From an uncultured Christensenella sp. (GTDB lineage: Bacteria; Bacillota; Clostridia; Christensenellales; CAG-138), in assembly GCA_964409605.1 (NCBI GenBank), contig CAYPEV010000001.1:1-51919 (forward strand): a stretch of 51,919 nt of DNA, written 5' to 3'. Under the pieces are notes generated by a model. The model saw only the letters and a list, made by a program, of their open reading frames with translations. It was not told the origin of the DNA and searched no databases. Positions 34,190 through 43,453 of the stretch are shown in pieces (positions within the stretch are counted from its first letter, which is position 1; each line of letters begins with the position of its first letter). The position numbers and the translations under genes were made by a program.

Positions 34190-35392
34190 TTAAAACAGGT
34201 CGACTTCGACAGAAGCGCCTTTGAGAAGGCCCTCTGTGTCCCGCGGGATGCGGATGTATCCGTCTGCGCGGCAAAGCGGCGCAATCAGGCCAGATTTGAG
34301 CGCAACGGGCTCCGCAATGCCGTCGAGCACGCGAACAGGCAAAAGCTCCTCCCGCCCGTGGTTGCTCGGCGCGGATTGCCCGAGTATGGCCGAGACGGTT
34401 CTGCGCTCCAGGGTTTCTCCCGCAATCGCGGCTATCAACGGACGCACAAGCGTTTGGAACACGAGATATGCCGCAGCCGGATGCCCCGGAAGCCCCACGA
34501 CGAGCGTTTGCCCGATCCTCCCCGCGAAGGCCGGCTTCCCCGGCTTGAGCGCAAGGCCGTGAAACGCGACCTCGCCCAGCGAGGCAAGGCAGCGCGGCGC
34601 GGCGTCCTTTGCCCCCGCCGAACTTGCGCCGGAGAGCAACAGCAGGTCGCATTCTGCACACGCACGTGCGATTGCGTCGCGCAGCGCCGCTTCATCGTCC
34701 GGTACGATTCCGCAGAATTCCGCTTCGGCTCCCGCTTCCAGACACGCGGCAAAGAGCATCGCGCCGTTGACATCGCGCAGTTGCCCTTCTTTGGGCTGCG
34801 CATCCGGACGAACCAGCTCATCCCCCGTAGAGAGGATCTTCACGCGAGGGCGCGCCGAAACCTCAACCCGCGCGGTTCCGAGCGCGGCAAGAAGGCCGAT
34901 GTCCCGCGCGGCGATCCGTCTGCCCGCGGACAAAACGGTTTCCCCCGCGCGCACATCATCCCCGCGAAACACGATATGCCTGCCCGGCGAAGCGGAAGCC
35001 TCGACGGCGATCATCCCGCCGGGAAGCGCCTGCGCTTCCTCCAGCATGATCATTGCGTCCGCTCCCTCCGGCGTTTCGCCGCCCGTCCAAACCGTCGCGC
35101 ACTCGCCCGCACGCAGCGAAAACTGCGCCCGCTCGCCCATCCTCACTTCGCCCGCCAGGCGGAGCAGCGCAGGCTGCGCGGGAGAAGCGCCGAACGTATC
35201 GCGGCTTACGACGGCAAATCCGTCCACGGCGCTGCGGTCAAACGGTGGCAAATCTTCACCCGAAACGATATCTTCCGCCAAAATGCGCCCCGCCGAGCGG
35301 CCGAGCGGAATCGATTCGGTCGATTTCACATATATTTCTGACATTTTTTTCAGGATCCGGCCCGCTTCTTCCAGGCTATGAACATGCAGCAT
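34190..35392 (-). CDS. moeA: Molybdopterin molybdenumtransferase MoeA
   Basis: PPFDRSAVDGFAV, LLLSGASSAG, FHGLALKPGKP. The start is ATG at 35392 or TTG at 35404. Confidence 0.9.
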   Translation of the reverse strand: MLHVHSLEEAGRILKKMSEIYVKSTESIPLGRSAGRILAEDIVSGEDLPPFDRSAVDGFAVVSRDTFGASPAQPALLRLAGEVRMGERAQFSLRAGECATVWTGGETPEGADAMIMLEEAQALPGGMIAVEASASPGRHIVFRGDDVRAGETVLSAGRRIAARDIGLLAALGTARVEVSARPRVKILSTGDELVRPDAQPKEGQLRDVNGAMLFAACLEAGAEAEFCGIVPDDEAALRDAIARACAECDLLLLSGASSAGAKDAAPRCLASLGEVAFHGLALKPGKPAFAGRIGQTLVVGLPGHPAAAYLVFQTLVRPLIAAIAGETLERRTVSAILGQSAPSNHGREELLPVRVLDGIAEPVALKSGLIAPLCRADGYIRIPRDTEGLLKGASVEVDLF

Positions 35393-35478
35393 CGCGTTTT
35401 CCAAGCTTTCTTGTCGTTTTTTCGCAGCTACCCCATAAGGTATGTAAAATCATGTATTTTTTTACGGATTTATGATTC

Positions 35479-35510
35479 ATTATACCAAAGCGGATGCAAA
35501 ATGCACATCC
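35479..35510 (-). promoter_or_regulatory. Extended -10 promoter of moeA with an overlapping palindrome
   Basis: Minus-strand TGGTATAAT. The -35 region is covered by GGATG-TGCATTTTGCA-CATCC-type dyad symmetry (35492-35510). Confidence 0.4.
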
Positions 35511-35640
35511 TCTCCCCACCGTGTTTGAATTCGATCATTTTCTTATGCAAAACGCGAAAAAAATGAGAAAAAAAATAATTTATGAACGCGCGTTTATGCC
35601 CCAACAGATTGTGCATGAAGTTGGTCTCTCATACAATAGT

Positions 35641-35683
35641 TTGTAAAATTTCCCTTGACATTGTATACTCAACACGATAGTAT
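35641..35683 (+). promoter_or_regulatory. Two overlapping near-consensus promoters upstream of the repeat protein
   Basis: TTGTAA-17-TATACT (35641-35669) and TTGACA-17-TAGTAT (35655-35683), in an AT-rich 300-bp region. Confidence 0.5.
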
Positions 35684-35793
35684 AATATTAAATTTCCATG
35701 AATATACCGTAACGCATTTGTTACGAGATGACGGACGCTGCAAGATTCCGCTTCATGGCTGCATGTTGCAACGAATTGCCGGGGGAAATGATA

Positions 35794-37875
35794 ATGGGAC
35801 AGACGGGTAGGTATACATCTTCAAATGTCGCTCCGCCCAGCCGTTCGCCGAATCGCGATCGGTCTGTTCGCTCTGCAAGGCGCCGCGCAAAGAGAAGAGC
35901 GTACACGCTTGTCGCATTCATTTTGTTCTTTGGTCTTGCCGTCATATTCGCATATAAGCCCGCAAGCGCCGCGACCAGAACGCTGCTGCAGTCCTTCCAG
36001 GTGGACGAGTCTGCCAAGGAGAACGCGTCCGCGCAGGCGGCTCCGGAAAACATTGTAGAATTTCAACCGACAGCGGATGCGCCGGTCGCCCCCGGTGTGT
36101 CCGATTTTGCCATTCGCGACGCCAACGCGATCTCGATCGTCTCCTGGCAGGGCGCGAAGAACTGCGGCGAGAGCTTTGAGGTGTCCCTCAATGGCGTCTC
36201 CGAAACGGAACCGATCACCTTCAGCGCGAACAACTGCACCGTCTTTCCCCAGAACGGAACGGGCGCTGACACCTATATCGTCACTGTCACGGGCTCCGGT
36301 CCGTATTCCCTGACCGCCGCGAAGAACGGAACCACCGACCTTGCGCGCGACACACGCACGGGCGTTGCCGGAAGAGCGGATCAGATGCCGCTGAGCGTCA
36401 ACGGCTGGGGCGGCGGAGAGGATTACTACGACCGCTTCAAAATCAACATTCTCGGCGGAAGCACGGGCGGGGCGATCTCCTTCCAGGCGGACGGCTGCAC
36501 GGTTTCCCCCGCGGTCGGTACGGCAAGCACCGAATTTGAAGTGACCATCACCCGCGTAGGCTCGTATTCCCTCGTCGCAATGATGGACGGCAACGAGAAC
36601 TATAACATGGCATACTCCGCAATCCTGAGCGGCTGCTCCAGCAAGTCCAATCAATCCAGCCTCCGCATCGAAGACTGGGTCAGCGACGCGAAGACCGGCG
36701 AAACCTTTACGCTTCGCATCCGCGGCGGCAGCACGAGCGAAGCGCCGACGCTAAGCACAGTCAACTGCACGGCGGTTCAACTTTCCGCGGATCAGTACGA
36801 GATCACCGTGGACGCGGTCGGCCCATATGCCGTCACCGCGACGCGCCCGGGCAACTACGGCTATAACAGCGTCTCCGCCTCCGAGAGCGGCGTCTCCGAA
36901 AAGATGCGCCCCCATACGCTCTCCGTCTCCGGCTGGTCGGAAACAAAGAACTGCAACGACACATTCCCGATCAAAATCGTGGGTGCGATCGACGGCGCGC
37001 CGATCAGCTTTATGGCGAGCGGCTGTATCGTTTCCCCCGCGACCGGTACCCCGGATACGAAGTTCTCCGTCACCGTGACCTCCGCGGGCGGCTATTCGCT
37101 CAGCGCAGTGATGGGCGAGACGGTAACGGTGGAATCGCAGCAGACGCGCACCTATTACGGTCAGTCCGGCAAAGGCACGCAGAACGCGCTCCAGATCGAA
37201 AACTGGATTGCAAATGCGCCCGCCGGCAGTGTTTTTGAAGTCACCGTCACCGGCGGCAACGGAATGGGCGCCACCACGCTCTCCACCAACGACGGCTGCC
37301 AGGCGCGGCTGAAGGACGGCGAGAGCAGCGTCTATCTCATCTCCGTCTATCCGCTCGCCGGCAAAGACTACTCCGTCAGCGTCAGCAAGGCGGGCGACGC
37401 CACCTATGAGCCCTCCGCCACCGCACTGTTTGAAGGCACCACAGCGGGCGCCGTTCAGTCCGCCCTCGCCATGAGCGGCTGGAACAACAACGCGTTCCCC
37501 GGCAGCACATTCGATATCCGCCTGACCGGCGGCAGCGGAGACGGCGCGCTGGACTTCGAGACCAACGGCTGCAAGGTCGATCCCGCCGAGGATGGCTCGT
37601 ATACCGTCACCATCACCGCGCCGGAAGGCGAGCCGTATTCCCTTTCCGCCACGCGCGCGGGAGACGGCAACTATACGCCGACCTCGATCAGCCAGAGCGG
37701 AACCGCGCGGTATCTTGAAGAGAGCCGCAGCCCCGTGGACAACATGCTGGAGCCGATCAACAACAGCACCTACTCCTGGATCTATATCTGCGGCGGAATC
37801 GTACTTCTCTTCGGCGTCGTGCTGCTGATCATGCAGATCTCCAATACGCCGCGCCGCCGCCGCCATCACCGATAA
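35794..37875 (+). CDS. Surface protein with six Ig-like (Big_3_5-like by resemblance) repeats, an N-terminal signal-anchor and a C-terminal TM plus Arg-rich tail
   Basis: Start taken at the ATG at 35794 (GGGGGA RBS). N-terminal TM YTLVAFILFFGLAVIFAY. Six ~75-95-aa repeats span about 36124-37680 with the pattern x-W-...F.i.l.GG...i.f....C.v....Y.vTv...G.YSl.A...Gd.NY. C-terminus reads WIYICGGIVLLFGVVLLIMQISNTPRRRRHHR. Confidence 0.75.
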   Translation: MGQTGRYTSSNVAPPSRSPNRDRSVRSARRRAKRRAYTLVAFILFFGLAVIFAYKPASAATRTLLQSFQVDESAKENASAQAAPENIVEFQPTADAPVAPGVSDFAIRDANAISIVSWQGAKNCGESFEVSLNGVSETEPITFSANNCTVFPQNGTGADTYIVTVTGSGPYSLTAAKNGTTDLARDTRTGVAGRADQMPLSVNGWGGGEDYYDRFKINILGGSTGGAISFQADGCTVSPAVGTASTEFEVTITRVGSYSLVAMMDGNENYNMAYSAILSGCSSKSNQSSLRIEDWVSDAKTGETFTLRIRGGSTSEAPTLSTVNCTAVQLSADQYEITVDAVGPYAVTATRPGNYGYNSVSASESGVSEKMRPHTLSVSGWSETKNCNDTFPIKIVGAIDGAPISFMASGCIVSPATGTPDTKFSVTVTSAGGYSLSAVMGETVTVESQQTRTYYGQSGKGTQNALQIENWIANAPAGSVFEVTVTGGNGMGATTLSTNDGCQARLKDGESSVYLISVYPLAGKDYSVSVSKAGDATYEPSATALFEGTTAGAVQSALAMSGWNNNAFPGSTFDIRLTGGSGDGALDFETNGCKVDPAEDGSYTVTITAPEGEPYSLSATRAGDGNYTPTSISQSGTARYLEESRSPVDNMLEPINNSTYSWIYICGGIVLLFGVVLLIMQISNTPRRRRHHR

Positions 37876-37903
37876 GCGAGATCCGCAACAAAATACAATA
37901 AAG

Positions 37904-37931
37904 CTGACGCCGTTGAACGGCGTCAGTTTTT
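37904..37931. terminator. Bidirectional Rho-independent terminator
   Basis: CTGACGCCG-TTGAA-CGGCGTCAG followed by TTTTT on the plus strand, with a T-rich flank on the minus strand. Confidence 0.8.
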
Positions 37932-37977
37932 GTCTGCGTTGTTTGATCCGCGCGTTTCGTCAGGCGGCTGTTGTGTC

Positions 37978-39198
37978 CTACAGACGAACTTCCAGTTTGC
38001 GCGGATCTTTGACCAGGATTGCCACCACGAGGTTGATCAGCGACAGCGCGGCGACCGCATAGAAGATATAGTGCGAACCGAACGTGACCCAGAGCTTGCC
38101 GCCCGCAACGCCGACGATGATCGACACCACGTGATCCATCATCATCGCAAGCGAGAGCGTCGGCGTCACGTCCGCCGTATTCCGCGCGATGGATTTGAGG
38201 TAGATCGTGCGGATAATGCCCATCTGTGATGACAGGCGGTCGACGATGAACAGGGCGCACGTCAGAAGCACCGGAAGGCCAACCTTGACCAGCGCGCCCG
38301 TGTTGAAGCCCTGCGAAAGCGCGCCATAGCACAGATAAACAAAGATAAATGACAGCGCATCGGCATACAGCAGCTTTTTTACGCCGAAACGGTCGATCCA
38401 TTTCCCCAGCTGCGGCATGAAAAACATCCCGAGCGTAGAAGCGATGATGCCCAGCAGCACGATAGTATCCACGCGCTGGCCGAGAGTTTCGATCAAAACC
38501 CACGGACCGAAGACGAGCATTACCTGCTTCTGCACGCCGAAGACGATGGCGAGCAGATAGTAATACCGATACTCCTTGCGGAAGATCAAACGGATCTTTT
38601 CGCGCTTGGTGCTGATTTGCCCTGTCTTCGATCTGAGCCGAATCATCAGCGCCATCGCAACCAGATAAAAGATTGCGGAGACGACAAACGTCCATTTCGT
38701 ACCGCTCGTAAAGCTGAATACGCCAAAGCGGAACAGAAAAAATACCGCAAGGCCGGAGACCGTCAGCACCGCGAAGCTGATTCCGCCGAACTGACCCATG
38801 CGTTTACCGATCTGGTCCGGCTCCGATAGCGACATGCCGATGCTGTCGCGAAGCGGCATATACAGATGCACGCCGAGGGAGTTGATGAACAGAAATATCA
38901 GCATGACGCCAAACGACGGCGTCACAAGGCCGAGCACCATCACACCGACCGCGGCGATTGCCTGCGCGAAGATCGCGATCGTGATGTCGCCGAGAAATGC
39001 GACAGAACTGATCAGGAAAAACGTGATTACACCGGGCATCTCGCGCGGCAGTTCGATCAGCCCGCGCTGAAACCCGTCCGTGTGGTAAACGTCCTTGAAG
39101 TAATTGGAAAACAGCCCGTCGCTGAATCCCAACGCCAGATTGACCGCCACGACCACAGCAAAAAACAGGTAGAGTTCATTTCTTTTCTTAACCGGCAT
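37978..39198 (-). CDS. MFS transporter
   Basis: About 406 aa, 12 predicted TM. ATG at 39198 with GAGGA 5 nt upstream. Confidence 0.85.
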   Translation of the reverse strand: MPVKKRNELYLFFAVVVAVNLALGFSDGLFSNYFKDVYHTDGFQRGLIELPREMPGVITFFLISSVAFLGDITIAIFAQAIAAVGVMVLGLVTPSFGVMLIFLFINSLGVHLYMPLRDSIGMSLSEPDQIGKRMGQFGGISFAVLTVSGLAVFFLFRFGVFSFTSGTKWTFVVSAIFYLVAMALMIRLRSKTGQISTKREKIRLIFRKEYRYYYLLAIVFGVQKQVMLVFGPWVLIETLGQRVDTIVLLGIIASTLGMFFMPQLGKWIDRFGVKKLLYADALSFIFVYLCYGALSQGFNTGALVKVGLPVLLTCALFIVDRLSSQMGIIRTIYLKSIARNTADVTPTLSLAMMMDHVVSIIVGVAGGKLWVTFGSHYIFYAVAALSLINLVVAILVKDPRKLEVRL

Positions 39199-39306
39199 GT
39201 TATCCTCTGTCAAATGGATTTGGGTACATTCTTATCATCTTAACATATGCGCGTGAAGCCGCAAAAACCTTTTTTGTTTATGCATGCTTCGCGCCTGAAC
39301 GCGTGA

Positions 39307-40266
39307 TTACAGCGCGTCAAATCCCGCGCAGTAGTTCTCCCTGCAGCGCGCGAGCGCTTCCTCCAACGTGATCTCATGCGCCGTTGCGCCCAGATGTTCC
39401 ACACAGATGGAGGCGACCGCGTTGGCAAAGCGCGCGCAGTCCTCCGGCCTTCTGCCCGCCGCGTATGCAAAGAGAAACGCCGCGGCGAAGTTGTCCCCCG
39501 CGCCTGTCGTGTCCACGCACGCGCGGCTGACGCAGCCGTCAATCTGGCCCGCATACGCCTCGGAGGCGAGATAACACCCGCGTGCACCGGTCTTGATCAC
39601 AACGCAGCCGACGCCGCTTGCCCGCATTTCCTGCGCCATCTCCTCCACCGAAGCGGATTCGGTCAGGAGCCCCGCCTCCTCCGCGTTTGCAAAGAGAACG
39701 TCGATTTGGTTCCAGACGCCGGGCAGATCAGAGAGTTTCTCGCCGTTCTTTCGCTTGGTCATGTCCGCGGCAAGCAGGCAGCCGCGCTGTTTGACCGCGG
39801 AGAACAGGGCAGCGAGTTCCGGCGCGCGAAACCGCGGGAACACGAACAGGCTCGCAAAGCAGACCATCGGCGCGAGCGTCTCCACGCGGGGCAATACGTC
39901 CGAAAGCGAAAGTGCACGCAGGCTACTGTTGGGATCGGTGATGAATCTCCGTTCGCCCGCGCGGTCGATCAGAACGATGTTCATACTCGTGGACAATCCC
40001 TCTTCCCGCGCGATGTGCCCGAGCGGAAGACCGGAGGCGCGGCAGAACTCCAACACCATATCCCCCGCGCTGTCGCAGCCCACCTTACTCACGAGATCGA
40101 CGTCTCCGCCCAGCCGCGCGAGCGTGACGGCCTCGTTCAGTGCGCCCCCGCCAAAGCCCAAGCGGATGCGCTCCGCTGGCGCGGAGCCTGCGCTGAGCGC
40201 GCCTTCCTCGATTCCTTCAACCAGCGCGTCGAGATGCGCGGCGCCAATGATGCTGAATCGGTTCAT
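39307..40266 (-). CDS. PfkB/ribokinase-family carbohydrate kinase
   Basis: GFGGGALNEA near the N-terminus and DTTGAGDNFAAAF (the PfkB signature 2 region). The start overlaps the ROK stop as ATGA. Confidence 0.88.
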   Translation of the reverse strand: MNRFSIIGAAHLDALVEGIEEGALSAGSAPAERIRLGFGGGALNEAVTLARLGGDVDLVSKVGCDSAGDMVLEFCRASGLPLGHIAREEGLSTSMNIVLIDRAGERRFITDPNSSLRALSLSDVLPRVETLAPMVCFASLFVFPRFRAPELAALFSAVKQRGCLLAADMTKRKNGEKLSDLPGVWNQIDVLFANAEEAGLLTESASVEEMAQEMRASGVGCVVIKTGARGCYLASEAYAGQIDGCVSRACVDTTGAGDNFAAAFLFAYAAGRRPEDCARFANAVASICVEHLGATAHEITLEEALARCRENYCAGFDAL

Positions 40267-41213
40267 ACGCTCTCTCCCTCCGTTGCCGCGGCAAAACCCG
40301 CCAGGCGCTCCATGGCATAATAGGCCGCGCCGACCACGCCGGTCTCCGGCGCTGCGGAAGCGCGCAGCAGCGTAAAATCATCCGCCGGATACGGTTTTCG
40401 CACAAACTCGCGCAGATAGCCAAGCCATGCTTCCATCGGAAAGCCCGCCATCTCCACCACACCCCCGCCAAGCAGGATCTGATCCGGATCGAACAGGTTC
40501 AGCTCCGTCGCAAACGGAATCGCCATCGCTTCCAGGAAGCTGCGGATGCGCGCATCCCCGCTATGCCGCAGAAACAGTTCGCAGAAGGGCTCGTCAGCGT
40601 AATGTTCCTGCCAGAGATTGCGCAAAACATAGCCGGAAGCATGCGTCTCCGCGCAAGCGCGGCTCCCGCAGCCGCAGATATTCGTGCTGCCAAAGTACGG
40701 GATGTGCCCCAGCTCGCAGGATACGCCATGCTTCCCCGTGAGAAATTTCCCGTCCAGATACACGGCGTTTCCGATGCCCGTGCCGTAATAGATGCCGATG
40801 GTGCAGCCCTTGTCCCTGAGGTTTAGGTGCACAAGATCATATTGCAGCAGGAAGATGGTGTCCTTGTCGAGAAAGACCGGCAAGCCCAACGCGCCTTCCA
40901 GCAGGGCGACCACATCCCGCCCGTCCAACCCGTCGTCTCCGCCCAACGGAAGATTGGGGCTGCTGTAGACCGTGCGTTTGTCCCGGCTGACGGTGGAGGG
41001 AAACCCGACCGCGAGCGCCGCGGCCCGCTCGTTCAGATAGTTCCGTGTGAGATATTCGCGAATCAGCGCGATGAGGCGCAGGGCGGACCCGCCTTCGCCG
41101 CAGACCTCCCGGCTTTGCCGCTTTTCGAGCTGCGCAACCTTGCCCGAACGATCGACCGCGCCGATGCGCAAATGCGTCCCGCCGATGTCGATGCCGATGA
41201 TGACGTCCCTCAT
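40263..41213 (-). CDS. ROK family sugar kinase
   Basis: IIGIDIGGTHLRIG ATP-binding motif and the CGCGSRACAETHASG zinc/ROK motif. Confidence 0.9.
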   Translation of the reverse strand: MRDVIIGIDIGGTHLRIGAVDRSGKVAQLEKRQSREVCGEGGSALRLIALIREYLTRNYLNERAAALAVGFPSTVSRDKRTVYSSPNLPLGGDDGLDGRDVVALLEGALGLPVFLDKDTIFLLQYDLVHLNLRDKGCTIGIYYGTGIGNAVYLDGKFLTGKHGVSCELGHIPYFGSTNICGCGSRACAETHASGYVLRNLWQEHYADEPFCELFLRHSGDARIRSFLEAMAIPFATELNLFDPDQILLGGGVVEMAGFPMEAWLGYLREFVRKPYPADDFTLLRASAAPETGVVGAAYYAMERLAGFAAATEGESV

Positions 41214-41326
41214 ACCATTTCCTCTTGCTCGATTTTTGCGCGAAAAGATTCGTCAGATCACGCTTTCTGTTATACAATAAAGCTGGCGCACACCGATGCG
41301 CCGACGAAAAGGAGCCGAGTCAACCC

Positions 41327-43363
41327 ATGTCAACCCCCGAAATTCTCGCCCCGGTGGGCGGCCAGGAGCAGTTGATTGCTGCCGTGCGCTGCGGGGCCGA
41401 CGCCGTCTATCTCGGCGGACAAAACTTTAACGCACGCAGAAATGCCGCGAATTTCTCCGAAACCGACTTGCATGAAGCCGTTTCCTATTGTCACGCGCGC
41501 GGGGTAAAGGTCTACGTCACCGTCAACACCATCGTGCTCGACGGCGAACTTGCCGCGCTGGAGGAGGAAGCGGCGCGCATCGCGGAAGCGGGCGCGGATG
41601 CGGTCATCCTGCAGGATATGGCGGCGCTTTCGTTCTTTCGTCTGCGCTACCCTACGCTCAAACGCTTTGCCTCCACACAGACCGCCGTTCACAATGTCGA
41701 CGGCGCGCGGTTCCTCGAAAGCATCGGGTTTGACAGCATCGTGCTCGCGCGCGAGCTTTCCCTTGCCGAGATCGAGACCATCTGCGCCTCCGTCTCCATT
41801 CAGACGGAAGCGTTTGTTCACGGCGCGCACTGCATGAGCGTCTCCGGTGCGTGCTATCTTTCCGCCATGCTCGGCGGAAGGAGCGGCAACCGCGGGCTCT
41901 GCGCGCAGCCCTGCCGCCTCAACTGGATGAGCGGGGAGCATCCCTGTGCGCTCTCGCTCAAGGATCTATCGCTGCTTTCGCACCTACCGGAGCTCGCGCG
42001 CGCGGGCGTCGGCGCATTTAAGATCGAAGGGCGCATGAAGCGGCCGGAATACGTCGCCGCGGCGACCACGGCCTGCCGGCTCGCGCTCGAAGGCAAGCCC
42101 TATGATGCGGAATCGCTTCGCGCGGTGTTTTCGCGCAGCGGCTTTACGGACGGATATCTCGCGGCGCGGCGCGATGGAACGATGTTTGGCTACCGCACCA
42201 GGGAGGATGTCACAGGCGCGGAAGGCGTGCTCGCCTCCCTTGCTTCATTATACCGAAACGAAACGCCGCTTGTCCCCGTCGATCTTTCGTTTGCATTGGA
42301 CGCGCAGGCGGCGACGCTCGCCGTCAGCGATGGCACGCACGAAATCGTTGCACAAGGCCCCGCGCCGGAGCGGGCCATCCACCGCGCGCTGGATGCGCAG
42401 AGCGCAAAGAAAAATCTGGAAAAGACGGGCGGAACGCCGTTTTTCGTGCGCGGGTTTACCGCCGATCTGCAGGATGGCTACACCCTCCCCGCCTCCGCGC
42501 TGAACGCCATGCGCCGGGAAGCGCTGGACACGCTGCTTGCGCTCCGTGGACAGACCACGCCGCATGAGCGGAAGGAATTTGCGTTTTCATCGCCGGAACG
42601 GTACCGATCCGCACCGGATAAGCCCGCGCTCTGGGCCAGATTTTATAAAAAAGAACAGCTCTCCTGCGCGGATCCCTTCGAAAAGATCATTCTCCCCGCA
42701 GAAGAGATCGACACAGGCCTTCTCGCCGCGCTGGGCGAGCGGCTGATTGCGCAACTGCCGACCGTGCTCTTTCCCGAGGACGAGCCGGCGTTTGACGCAA
42801 GGCTGGAAGCGCTCAGGGGGCAGGGGCTTTCCGCCGTCTGGGCGAACAACGTCTACGGCGTCGCGCTTGGAAAGCGGCTCGGGCTGTCCGTACACGGCGG
42901 ATATGGCCTCAACTGCGCCAACACCGAGGCGCTGCGCTTTTATGAAACGCAGGAGCTCGCCAGTTTGACGCTCTCGTTTGAGCTTTCGATGGCGGCGGCC
43001 AAATCTCTCGGCGGCAGCCTGCCGCGCGGCATTGTCTCATATGGAAAGCTTCCGCTGATGCAGCTGAGAAACTGCCCGATCAAAGCCTCCGTCGGCTGCT
43101 CCGCCTGCGGACAGGCGGGAGAGCTTACCGATCGCATGCAGGTGCGTTTCGCGGTGGAGTGCGATCACTTCCGCACGGTTTCGCTCCTCAACAGCGTACC
43201 GTTGGACATCGCGGAGCGTAACATGCAGGGACTGGATCACCAGATTCTCTACTTCACCCGCGAAATCCCCGAACAGATCGCGCAGGTCACGGCGCGCTTC
43301 CTCGCCGCGGAGAAGACGCAGGAGATGCATACCACCGGCCTATATTACCGGACGCTGCTCTGA
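41327..43363 (+). CDS. Peptidase U32 family protein, long form
   Basis: PEILAPVGGQEQLIAAVRCGADAVYLGG ... CMSVSGACYLSAMLGGRSGNRGLCAQPCR is the U32 signature region. About 678 aa. Start at the ATG at 41327. Confidence 0.9.
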   Translation: MSTPEILAPVGGQEQLIAAVRCGADAVYLGGQNFNARRNAANFSETDLHEAVSYCHARGVKVYVTVNTIVLDGELAALEEEAARIAEAGADAVILQDMAALSFFRLRYPTLKRFASTQTAVHNVDGARFLESIGFDSIVLARELSLAEIETICASVSIQTEAFVHGAHCMSVSGACYLSAMLGGRSGNRGLCAQPCRLNWMSGEHPCALSLKDLSLLSHLPELARAGVGAFKIEGRMKRPEYVAAATTACRLALEGKPYDAESLRAVFSRSGFTDGYLAARRDGTMFGYRTREDVTGAEGVLASLASLYRNETPLVPVDLSFALDAQAATLAVSDGTHEIVAQGPAPERAIHRALDAQSAKKNLEKTGGTPFFVRGFTADLQDGYTLPASALNAMRREALDTLLALRGQTTPHERKEFAFSSPERYRSAPDKPALWARFYKKEQLSCADPFEKIILPAEEIDTGLLAALGERLIAQLPTVLFPEDEPAFDARLEALRGQGLSAVWANNVYGVALGKRLGLSVHGGYGLNCANTEALRFYETQELASLTLSFELSMAAAKSLGGSLPRGIVSYGKLPLMQLRNCPIKASVGCSACGQAGELTDRMQVRFAVECDHFRTVSLLNSVPLDIAERNMQGLDHQILYFTREIPEQIAQVTARFLAAEKTQEMHTTGLYYRTLL

Positions 43364-43391
43364 TCCTCTGCGCGGCGGAATACTTTATAGC

Positions 43392-43432
43392 AAGACCCGC
43401 GTCAGCGAGCAAGCGAAACGCGGGTCTTTTCT
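43392..43432 (+). terminator. Terminator after the U32 gene
   Basis: AAGACCCGCG ... CGCGGGTCTT stem followed by TTCTG. Confidence 0.6.
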
Positions 43433-43453
43433 GATGCATTCTCAGGGGCTATG

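Noticed and set aside
35425-35455. dif-like recombination site (TATGTAAA)
   Set aside because: Only the 8-nt TATGTAAA matches the Firmicute dif consensus I recall. The left XerC arm is absent.
35393-35478. Moco riboswitch in the moeA leader
   Set aside because: The leader is AT-rich (AAUCAU...AUGAUU hairpin, A-runs) and has none of the GC-rich conserved elements. Only the moaC leader shows any resemblance.
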